From: a virus
Lineage: Duplodnaviria > Caudoviricetes
Virus record (IMG/VR): IMGVR_UViG_2902511754_000003
Coordinates: 1 to 64,000 of that record
DNA: 64,000 nt
Reading direction: 5' to 3' (one strand)
A program made the position numbers and the translations under genes. The notes under the pieces were generated by a model that had not been told where the DNA came from, made no database searches, and was given only the letters and a program-made list of their open reading frames with translations. Within the stretch, counting starts at the first letter, position 1. Every line of letters begins with the position of its first letter. Below, piece after piece: positions 55,989 through 64,000 of this stretch.

Positions 55989-56437
55989 TGGCATTTGCAC
56001 TTAATACGGCGGTTGCTACCGCAGGAAATATCGGAAAAGGCGGGTTAGCCAATTCTAAATCTATTGCTTATATGAATGACGGAGAAACACCGTTGCTTGC
56101 CGGGCGTTTTGTTGCGTTATCTGCAAATGGTGTCAAAGTATTAACAGCCAAAACAGATACTCTTGCTGGCGTTGTTGTTCGCAATGTGATTAAAGATGAA
56201 ACACCAAAAGGTGAGCTTTGTGATGTCATGCATATTGGCACGGCGGACAGCATTTGGGTTGAAATTGCCAAAGGCGCAACTGTTGAGCGAGGGAATAAAG
56301 TCGTTGTGGTTGCGACAAAAAACGGAGAAAAAGAACCCGGTACGATTCAGGCGGAAGCCGATGAAGCAAACGGCATTACAACCGATTATACCGTGATTAC
56401 GGTTGCCGACGGCATTGCTGAGATCACTCGTCTATAA
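55988..56437 (+). CDS. Head decoration/cement protein
   Basis: Between protease and capsid genes. Confidence 0.65.
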   Translation: MAFALNTAVATAGNIGKGGLANSKSIAYMNDGETPLLAGRFVALSANGVKVLTAKTDTLAGVVVRNVIKDETPKGELCDVMHIGTADSIWVEIAKGATVERGNKVVVVATKNGEKEPGTIQAEADEANGITTDYTVITVADGIAEITRL

Positions 56438-56463
56438 CATTATTAACAAGAGGTAAAAAATTT

Positions 56464-57369
56464 ATGCCACATATTAACGTGCTACGCTCGGCATTAACCG
56501 AAGTGCAAAGCGGAATTAACCGTACTAAATATCCTGATATTGTGTTTCCAAAATTTGTTTTTATTAACTCAAGTGGTAGTGAACTTGCCGATGAAATTTT
56601 GAGTTTTAGCTCAGATGTTACTGGTGATTTAGATAGCGGCTTGATTTCTCTGAATACCAGCGTATTCGATCAAGTTGGCGTTACCTTCAATCATACCAAA
56701 GTGCCGTTGGTCACTTGGATGAAATTGGTTGAATGGCACCAATTTGAGTTGAAAAAAGCGGCAGCATTAGGGGTTTCCGTGAATACAGAAAAACTCTATG
56801 CCCTTAACCAAAACGCACATCAAACCTTGCAAAAAGTGGCGTTTTTAGGCCACGCAAGAGATACCCGATTACAAGGCTTACTAAATTCAGACAAGATTGA
56901 AGTTTACAAGCCGACAACCAAGGGCAAAGTAGGTGATTTAGATTATAAAAAAGCAGTCGATTTCTTTGAAGAAATTTTCTTGCGCTCGGTAGAGAAGACT
57001 TATCGTATTGCTGTGCCGGATACCTTTGCTATTGACAGCGCGGATAAAGCTCACCTTGCTTTATTAGAACGTCCAAATTCGGATAAATCGGCCCTTGAAT
57101 GGTTGGAAGAAAAGTTACAAGGTGCGGCAGGTAAGCCAATCAAAATTGAAGCTTTACCGTCTAACTTTGGCAAAATTGCAAGTGAAGGCAAAACGCGTGC
57201 GATTGTTTATACCAATGATAAAAACTATGTCGAAATGAACGTACCGAAATCCCCGACAGTAATCGGTGCAGAAAAAAAAGATTTAGTGACTTATCAATCC
57301 GGTCTAACAATGGTATTTGGTGGAGTTAACTTTAAAGAACCTGATGCTGCTCTTTATATTGATTATTAG
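56464..57369 (+). CDS. Major capsid protein (DUF2184-type)
   Basis: Position, size, AFLGH..TRLQGLLN, GGV..KEP.A..YIDY. Confidence 0.85.
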   Translation: MPHINVLRSALTEVQSGINRTKYPDIVFPKFVFINSSGSELADEILSFSSDVTGDLDSGLISLNTSVFDQVGVTFNHTKVPLVTWMKLVEWHQFELKKAAALGVSVNTEKLYALNQNAHQTLQKVAFLGHARDTRLQGLLNSDKIEVYKPTTKGKVGDLDYKKAVDFFEEIFLRSVEKTYRIAVPDTFAIDSADKAHLALLERPNSDKSALEWLEEKLQGAAGKPIKIEALPSNFGKIASEGKTRAIVYTNDKNYVEMNVPKSPTVIGAEKKDLVTYQSGLTMVFGGVNFKEPDAALYIDY

Positions 57370-57378
57370 GAGTAAACA

Positions 57379-57741
57379 ATGCCAACAGTAGAAGCTTATA
57401 ATTTAACCCTGCGCTATCCCGAATTTGAAGAGATCGATCATAACCGAATCGATCTTTTTTTATTAGATGCAAAAATGGAAGTAAGTCAAGTGCGATGGGG
57501 GAAGCTCTATCAACGTGGCGTGTTGGCATTGGCAGCCCACTTATTACGTCTTTCTCTCTGGACTACAGAAATGGACGGCGGTGCGAACCGTAATATCGCA
57601 AGTGAAAACGCAGGTGAATTATCGGTGAGTTATGTCGCACCGGCACTAACAGGTACAGATGCGGATTATCAGCTCACGGCGTACGGGCAAGAATACTTGC
57701 GATTGCGCCGTTTGGTTGGTATTGGTGTGATGGTGGCTTAA
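57379..57741 (+). CDS. Head-tail adaptor (DUF4054-type)
   Basis: YPEF, LAAHLL, TAYGQEY. Confidence 0.85.
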   Translation: MPTVEAYNLTLRYPEFEEIDHNRIDLFLLDAKMEVSQVRWGKLYQRGVLALAAHLLRLSLWTTEMDGGANRNIASENAGELSVSYVAPALTGTDADYQLTAYGQEYLRLRRLVGIGVMVA

Positions 57742-58254
57742 ATGGCAGTACAGATTATTGGTGGATTAAATCAAGCATTGCAGTTGATTGATCAACTAAA
57801 ATCAGTGAAAGATAAAGCGATATATGTGGGAGTACCCGCGGAGAAAAATAGTCAAGTGGAAGGCGGTATTAACCTAGCTACATTGGCGATGATTTTACAA
57901 CGTGGTGGCACTATTGTTCCAAAGCAAGCAAAAGCATTAGCTTTTGGAAAAGGTAAGAAAAGATTTTTTGCAAAATCGGTTTTTATTCCTGCGCGTCCCT
58001 TTATTGAGCAAACCATTAATGAAAACCGAGAAAAATACGTGGCGAAATTAGCGAAGTTCATTCAGCAGGGAAAAACACCGTTGCAAGCGATGAATTTGGT
58101 GGCATTAATGGCGGAAGGCGATATTAAAGAAGCAATGCGAGATAAAAAACTTTGGGCTCCAAATAGTGCTCTAACTGTAGCGATAAAAGGCTCAAGTACG
58201 CCGCTAATTGATAGTGGGAATTTACGTAAATCTATTACAGGACTTGTCAAATGA
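57742..58254 (+). CDS. Neck/virion morphogenesis protein
   Basis: IPARPF, PLIDSGNLR.SI. Confidence 0.8.
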   Translation: MAVQIIGGLNQALQLIDQLKSVKDKAIYVGVPAEKNSQVEGGINLATLAMILQRGGTIVPKQAKALAFGKGKKRFFAKSVFIPARPFIEQTINENREKYVAKLAKFIQQGKTPLQAMNLVALMAEGDIKEAMRDKKLWAPNSALTVAIKGSSTPLIDSGNLRKSITGLVK

Positions 58255-58622
58255 GCTTAATTAATCAATCAACACGATTTCAAAACAGCAAATTTCGTCA
58301 ATCTGTTATTGTTAAACGCTTGCAAGGCGAACATTCGGCGGATGGATTTGGTGCGGAATATCACAATGAGAAAATGACAGCAATTGTCGTTCCTGCATCG
58401 CCCAATGATGTGTTGCTTTTGCAGGAAGGTGAGCGGTATATCCCATCAATCAAAATCTACACGATGAGCCAGCTACATATTGGCGATTTGGTGGAGTATC
58501 GCGGCGAGACTTACAAAATCAAAACCGCAGCTAACTGGGGAGATTATGGATACTACAACAATATCGGCGTTCGACACAGCGAAACTGCGAAAGTGGATTC
58601 AACAGGCTTTGAAGTTACCTAA
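58251..58622 (+). CDS. Head closure/neck protein
   Basis: Position; L.EGER, Y.GETYKI. Confidence 0.7.
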   Translation: MSLINQSTRFQNSKFRQSVIVKRLQGEHSADGFGAEYHNEKMTAIVVPASPNDVLLLQEGERYIPSIKIYTMSQLHIGDLVEYRGETYKIKTAANWGDYGYYNNIGVRHSETAKVDSTGFEVT

Positions 58623-59049
58623 TGGCGCAGTCATTGGTGGGTGGCTGCCTGAAAATCATCTGCCAGCTTTCATTACGGTGGATTTATTGACGGTAAATGA
58701 AATAGGGCAGGCAACAAGAGATTTTGACGGAAAACGCGAACGTATTACACAATCAATGCAAAGTACGGTGAACATTTCTTGTTTTGGTAAAAATTCTGTT
58801 GCGCAATGTCACAAGGTCAAAGCCATCTTTCAGAGTTCTGCGTTTCTCTCGTTTCTTAAATCGCAACACTGGGGCGTGATTCGCTTTTCTGATGTGCGAA
58901 ATCTTACCTCTACAGTGGGGGCGGATTATGAAGAGCGAGGGCAATTTGATGTCATTTTCAGCCATCATCACATTGTTGATACACCGCTCGATCCTATTCT
59001 ACGCGTGGAACAACGCACAAACAACTTAACCCAACAAATAGGAGAATAA
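58546..59049 (+). CDS. Tail terminator-like neck protein
   Basis: GGGGAG RBS at MDTTT, precedes sheath. Confidence 0.65.
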   Translation: MDTTTISAFDTAKLRKWIQQALKLPNGAVIGGWLPENHLPAFITVDLLTVNEIGQATRDFDGKRERITQSMQSTVNISCFGKNSVAQCHKVKAIFQSSAFLSFLKSQHWGVIRFSDVRNLTSTVGADYEERGQFDVIFSHHHIVDTPLDPILRVEQRTNNLTQQIGE

Positions 59050-59054
59050 GCCTT

Positions 59055-60563
59055 ATGGCATTATCAATTTCTCAAATTGTGAACGTGCAGCTTAATACTG
59101 TGCCGAAATCGGCTGCGCGTAAATCATTTGGCATTGTGGCGCTGTTTACACCAGAAAGTGGTCAGGTGTTTACAGATGCTACTACTCGATATGTCTATGT
59201 AAATAATCAAAAAGATGTAGAGCAATTATTCGGTACAAACTCAGAAACGGCAAAAGCTGCTCAGCCGTTTTTTGCTCAAAGCCCACGTGCGAAACAATTA
59301 ATCATTGCGCGTTGGCAGAAAAATTCTGTGACTATTCCATCAACCTCTAATGCATTACGCGGCGCAACGCTCTCCGATGATTTGGAAACGTTCAGAGCTG
59401 TTGTAAATGGTCGTTTTTCGGTAACGGTTGGCTCTGAAATTAAAAAAGTGGGAGGCTTAAATTTCTCTCGTTTAGCTGATTTCAATGCGATCGCTGAGCA
59501 AATTCAGCAAAAATTGACTGAGCTTTCTGTTAATGTGAGCGTAACTTATGATTCAGTCGGGAATCGCTTTATCATTGAATCTACTGCTGATGGTGAAAGC
59601 AAAGACACGGAAATTTTTTACGCAATCAATGAGCCGGGCGAGGGTGAATATATTGGTGGATTATTGAAGTTGGAAGACGGTCAAGCTGAGTGTGTAATTG
59701 GTAAAAACCAAGTTTCGATCATAGCTGAAAAACTCGAAGAAGCCTTGTTTAATGTGGCTGAAGTTGAGAATGGCTGGTATGGCTTTACTTTTGCGGCGCA
59801 GTTAACCGATGCACAGGTGGAAGCAGCAGCCAAATATGCTCAAACGAACACTAAAATGTTTGGCGCGAATGTCATTCGCGAAAGCCAGTTAGAGTGGTCA
59901 TCGGATAACGTTTACAAGAAATTGTATGATGCAGGTTTAGATCATACGTTGGCAATGTTTGATAAAAACGACTTTTACCCGGCATCCTCCGCGTTGGCTC
60001 GATTGTTATCAACCAACTTCGCAGCAAATAATTCAACGATAACGCTTAAATTTAAGCAACAACCGACTATTACAGCAGATGAAATCACTGCAACCGAATT
60101 TGCGAAAGCAAAACGCCTTGGCATAAACGTTTACACTTATTTTGATGACGTGGCGATGATTGCTGAAGGTTCTGTGATTGGTGGTAAATTTGCTGATGAG
60201 ATTGTGATTCTAGATTGGTTCACTGATGCTGTTCAAAAAGAAGTGTTCGCACGTTTATATAAGTCGCCAACTAAAATCCCACTCACTGATAAAGGGCAGG
60301 CAATTTTAATTTCAGCGGTGGAAAAAGTCTGTCTGGAAGGTATCAACAATGGCGCATTTGCTCCAGGTGTGTGGAATGGTGACGGTTTTGGCAATTTAAG
60401 CACAGGCGACTATCTTGAAAAAGGCTATTATGTTTGGGCTGCACCGATGGATACGCTATCCGATAGTGACCGTGAACAGCGTCGAGCAACACCAATTCAA
60501 ACTGCGGTGAAATTAGCCGGAGCAATCCATTCAAGTGATGTAATCGTGAATTACAATCGATAA
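59055..60563 (+). CDS. Tail sheath protein (DUF3383-type)
   Basis: SQIVNV, TLKFKQQP, LAGAIH. Confidence 0.9.
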   Translation: MALSISQIVNVQLNTVPKSAARKSFGIVALFTPESGQVFTDATTRYVYVNNQKDVEQLFGTNSETAKAAQPFFAQSPRAKQLIIARWQKNSVTIPSTSNALRGATLSDDLETFRAVVNGRFSVTVGSEIKKVGGLNFSRLADFNAIAEQIQQKLTELSVNVSVTYDSVGNRFIIESTADGESKDTEIFYAINEPGEGEYIGGLLKLEDGQAECVIGKNQVSIIAEKLEEALFNVAEVENGWYGFTFAAQLTDAQVEAAAKYAQTNTKMFGANVIRESQLEWSSDNVYKKLYDAGLDHTLAMFDKNDFYPASSALARLLSTNFAANNSTITLKFKQQPTITADEITATEFAKAKRLGINVYTYFDDVAMIAEGSVIGGKFADEIVILDWFTDAVQKEVFARLYKSPTKIPLTDKGQAILISAVEKVCLEGINNGAFAPGVWNGDGFGNLSTGDYLEKGYYVWAAPMDTLSDSDREQRRATPIQTAVKLAGAIHSSDVIVNYNR

Positions 60564-60571
60564 CTAACCAA

Positions 60572-60600
60572 AAGCCAAGTATAACCTTGGCTTATTTTTT
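60572..60600 (+). terminator. Hairpin between sheath and tube genes
   Basis: AAGCCAAG/CTTGGCTT + T run. Confidence 0.6.
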
Positions 60601-60611
60601 AAGGGAAAACT

Positions 60612-61043
60612 ATGGCAATTTTCGATCCAAAACAAGTGGTCGTTTTATTGGACGGCAAAGAGATTGATGACTGGGCGGATGGTTCAGATGTAATCAGTGC
60701 ATTGAATCAAGTTGATGCGGGCCAGTTGATTATTGGTGCTGATGGTTCAGGCGTTTTTATCGCAAACCCTGATAAATCCGGCAAGTTGACATTAAAAATC
60801 AAGCAGCACTCACCGGATAACGCCTATCTGAATAAGCTGTTTAATCAACAAAAGAACAGTATTAAAACCTTTATGCCGTTTACTTTAGCGATTCGCGATC
60901 TTATCAATGATGATGTAGTGACTGCAACAAAAGGTTACTTCACTACGCCAACGCCATACACGCGTGGTAATGGTTACAATGCACAAACATGGACGATTGT
61001 GTTTGAGCAAATGACAATTAACCTTGAACAAGGGGTGCAATAA
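60612..61043 (+). CDS. Tail tube protein (DUF3277-type)
   Basis: IGADGSG, LTLKIKQHSP.N. Confidence 0.88.
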   Translation: MAIFDPKQVVVLLDGKEIDDWADGSDVISALNQVDAGQLIIGADGSGVFIANPDKSGKLTLKIKQHSPDNAYLNKLFNQQKNSIKTFMPFTLAIRDLINDDVVTATKGYFTTPTPYTRGNGYNAQTWTIVFEQMTINLEQGVQ

Positions 61044-61450
61044 TGGATCAATCAAAACAAATCACTATTGAGAACGTTACCTACACAATGACACCGGCTA
61101 ATGCGATGGCTGCGTGGACTGCCTTGAAAAATGCGATGAAGCTGTTGCAGTCGGTTGATTTATCTTCTTTAGGGGATGGTAAAAAACTCGGTGCAAATGT
61201 GCTAACTACCGTACTGGCTAATCTTGGTGATCCAAGTGTGAAAGCGTTAGAAGATATTGTGTTAAAACACACATCTTGTGAACAAGACGGCAAACAATAT
61301 CGCCTATCCGAACGATTTGATAGTCACTTTAATCAATATCGTGGCCATTTAATTCCGGTATTGAAAGAGGGGTTAATGTATCAATTCGCTGATTTTTTTA
61401 TCGGTGGGGGGGGATTGCTGAACGGTATGGCGAACAATCTCAAGATGTAG
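61043..61450 (+). CDS. Tail assembly chaperone
   Basis: Between tube and tape measure. Confidence 0.8.
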   Translation: MDQSKQITIENVTYTMTPANAMAAWTALKNAMKLLQSVDLSSLGDGKKLGANVLTTVLANLGDPSVKALEDIVLKHTSCEQDGKQYRLSERFDSHFNQYRGHLIPVLKEGLMYQFADFFIGGGGLLNGMANNLKM

Positions 61451-61620
61451 AAGTAAATCAATCTGAAAGTAAGGTTGACTGGTTCGTATTTACGCCAATT
61501 GTTAAAAATTTCTGTTCACTTAATGAGTTAAGGTCGGTTTATTCAATAGCCGACCTTTTATCTTTCCATGAAGTAATCGTTGAAATGAATCAAATGGAGC
61601 AACGCAATGCTACTCGATGA
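61393..61620 (+). CDS. -1 frameshift extension of tail chaperone (G-T type)
   Basis: T7 (61393-61399) and G8 (61406-61413); -1 frame open: ...VDWFVFTPIVKNFCSLNELRSVYSIADLLSFHE... Confidence 0.75.
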   Translation, partial: FFYRWGGIAERYGEQSQDVEVNQSESKVDWFVFTPIVKNFCSLNELRSVYSIADLLSFHEVIVEMNQMEQRNATR

Positions 61621-63721
61621 ATTATTGATTAAGATCGGAATTGATGCCGACAGCCAAGCGATACAACAGTTTGAGAAATTTCTTAAATCGATTGGTGACG
61701 GAACAGAAGAAGCGGCAGAAAGTTTGGGTGAGTTCGCACGAGCCATTGAAGATGCGGTAAATGAAGCAACTGAACAGGTTAAAGATATGCCGGAGTTTTC
61801 CGGATATATTGAATCGCTCGAAAAGTTGCTGGTCGAAACCGAAAATCTCTCACAAGATGAAGCATTAGACGCTTGGATAAATAAACTCATTGAAGGTGAC
61901 GAATTGCTGTCTGCTTTTGGTGAAGGGTTTATTGAAAATAGCGAAGAGCTTGAGCAAGAGTTAAAAAAAACCGGTATTGGCGCAGAACACGTTGGCGTTG
62001 TTATCGGTAAGCTCAAATCTGCAATTGAGCAGAAGAAAAAAGCAGTCGAGCAAGACACAAAAGCAGTCGGTGAAAATACAGAAGCTGAAAAGGAAAATGC
62101 TGAAAGTGCGGACGATTTAGCCAATAAAATGATTAGCCTATGGGCGACAAAATACGGTGCTGATGGACTAATCGAAAAGTTTGAATTGCTTGGATTTAGC
62201 ATTAGTAAAACTACGCTCAAAGTTGCGGCCTTTGGTGCGGCTTTTTATGCTGCGACTATAGGTGTAAAAAACTTTGTTGATGCGAATCTTAATGCGCTTG
62301 ATGAAATCAAACAACTTACCGCCGTAACAAATGAATCTGCCAATCAGATTTATCTTCTTGGAAAAGTAGCAGAGGTAAACGGCTCATCCGCTCAAGCTGC
62401 ACAATCGTCAATTGAGGGATTATCCCGGGTGATTGGTGAAGCGGCTGCTGGTATTGGTCGAGGGGCTAAATCCTTTGAGCAATACGGATTAAGTGCGAAA
62501 AAAGCCAACGGCGATGTGAAAACCTCAAGCGAAATGCTGGGTGAAATTTCTGACAAAATGCAGAAGATGAGTGAGCAAGAGCAAATTTCGATGCTTGCCA
62601 AGCTCGGCATTGATGGCTCAATGATCCAAACCTTGCGTCTTGGTAATGATGAATTACGGGAGCAAATCGAACTCGCAAATGCGCTGACACTTGGTGTAGG
62701 TAATGCTGAAAATGCGGAAACTGCTGCAGCATTTAAAGATGCATTAACTCAAGTTTCGCAAGTCCTAACCGCTATCGGTGAATATCTTGCGCTCAGAATC
62801 GCCCCTTCTATTCAACGGCTCGCTGAGCGGTTTACAAAATGGTTTACCGAAAATAACGAGTTTGTAAAAACGGTATTAAATGGTTTTGGCAAAGTACTTT
62901 CATTTTTGTTTGAGCTTGCCGCCGCTATTGACAACGTAGTTGAGCATACTATCGGCTGGAAAACAACGATTTATATTGTAGGGGTGGCGTTGTTATGGCT
63001 TAGTCGCAAAATGTTGCTTGCGTTTGCAACTAACCCAATCGGTTTAGTGATTGCAGCAATTGCTGCTTTATTCCTACTTGTTGATGACTTCATCACTTAT
63101 CTTGAGGGTGGGGAGACCGCACTTGGAGACTTTTAGAAACCATTTAAGACTGCGCTTTTATGGGTCAAAACCACATGGCAAAACTTTGTTGATAATTTCA
63201 GTGTAGATCCGATTGGTGCAACATTATCGCTTGTTACTGATTTAATCAAACTACCGTTTGAGCTTGGTTTTGCACTTGTTATTGGGCTGTGGAATCTTTT
63301 TACCGGAGAACAACTTGATTTAGATGTTATTGAAAAAGGTTTTAATAAAGTCACAGACTGGATTAAAGATCCGTTCAGGAAGGCGTTTGATTGGGTGAAA
63401 GGTTACTATGACCAATATATTGCCCCGATTGTTGATACAGTGAAAGGTTGGTTTGGTAGTGATGAATCTGCGCCAACGGGAACGGTGAGTCAAAACACGC
63501 AAGCTTATGATGCAATGATGTTTGATCCATCTTATGCAGCAGCGCCACAAGTTGCGGCCGCGGGTGTGAGCAGACAAACATCGAATGCTGATAACAGTGT
63601 GAAGAACAGTAATAACAAAATCACCATTACGCAAAACATTCAAGGTGCTGAAAATCCTAAGATGATTGCCGATCAAGTGGTGAGAGCGGTTAATAATCAA
63701 TTGTCACCTATTGTGGGGTAG
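61607..63721 (+). pseudogene. Tape measure gene interrupted by an in-frame TAG at 63134-63136
   Basis: Frame stays open after the stop (KPFKTALLWVK...) and joins ORF 63395-63721 in frame. Confidence 0.8.
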
Positions 63722-63722
63722 T

Positions 63723-64000
63723 ATGCTTAATTTTGCTCAAGTATCCAATCGTCGAATTGGCAAGATTACGTTTGATGTTGTTTCGAGTGAAGATCATCAG
63801 TCGAATTTATCCATTACTGAAAATCCTATTGAATCTGGTGCGGCAATCGCAGATCACGCAGTTATTCAACCTAAACAGGTGACGATTAACGGCATTATGG
63901 TTGATCACGATCATAACGGATTTGGTGCGGATATTCCATATCTTGGCAATATTCGTGGAGGTGTTGATTTTTTAAATCGTTTGCCGCTACCGATTAATGT
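63723..64000 (+). CDS. Baseplate/Dit-like tail protein, partial
   Basis: MLNFAQVSNRRIGKITFDVVSSEDHQSNLSITENPIESGAAIADHA..., runs off window. Confidence 0.8.
   Translation, partial: MLNFAQVSNRRIGKITFDVVSSEDHQSNLSITENPIESGAAIADHAVIQPKQVTINGIMVDHDHNGFGADIPYLGNIRGGVDFLNRLPLPIN

Larger units (their letters stand above)
33831..64000. mobile_element. Second prophage (lambdoid early region, Aaphi23-like head/contractile tail), probably defective, runs off the window
   Basis: int-xis, RecT/exo, NinG-Q, holin-lysozyme-spanins, terS/terL, portal, MuF, capsid, sheath/tube, tape measure; no cI/cro/O/P. Confidence 0.9.

Noticed and set aside
63134-63136. Alternative genetic code (TAG recoding)
   Set aside because: TAG ends other genes normally, only one internal case was seen, and no suppressor tRNA was found.
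10878-63700. Many antisense or frame-shifted ORFs in the track (e.g. 10878-11258, 24488-24937, 42724-43155, 55220-55687, 61558-62220)
   Set aside because: Shadow ORFs of well-supported genes, with no independent signals.

Overview
The whole window is prophage DNA, most likely from a Pasteurellaceae host (inferred from many AAGTGCGGT uptake sequences). It holds two tandem prophages. (1) Positions 1-~33.84 kb are an apparently complete P2/HP1-like myovirus. It has a tyrosine integrase, rolling-circle A protein with its ori, an Ogr-like activator, a lambda-type cro/cI switch with a cI-linked accessory operon (WYL-BRCT, lipoprotein, Excalibur), full tail, lysis and head modules, a RelE-HTH toxin-antitoxin (TA) pair and a cos-like site. 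(2) From ~33.83 kb to the window end is a lambdoid-organised prophage with an Aaphi23-like contractile-tail morphogenesis module. The junction carries a tRNA-3'-end-like att core. The second prophage has no cI/cro or replication genes and has an amber codon inside its tape-measure gene, so it looks defective. The most striking signal is three antirepressor cassettes (Bro-N, KilA-N, KilA-N fused to a common C-terminal domain). Each sits behind a C4/CI-like antisense RNA switch whose recognition motifs differ between copies but covary with their own targets, and each is followed by an identical 52-bp element. The second prophage also carries a MuF head protein fused to an R-S-E ADP-ribosyltransferase with a candidate immunity gene, a Panacea-PemK-like TA and HicAB. 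All family calls come from motif recognition by eye; no database searches were run.
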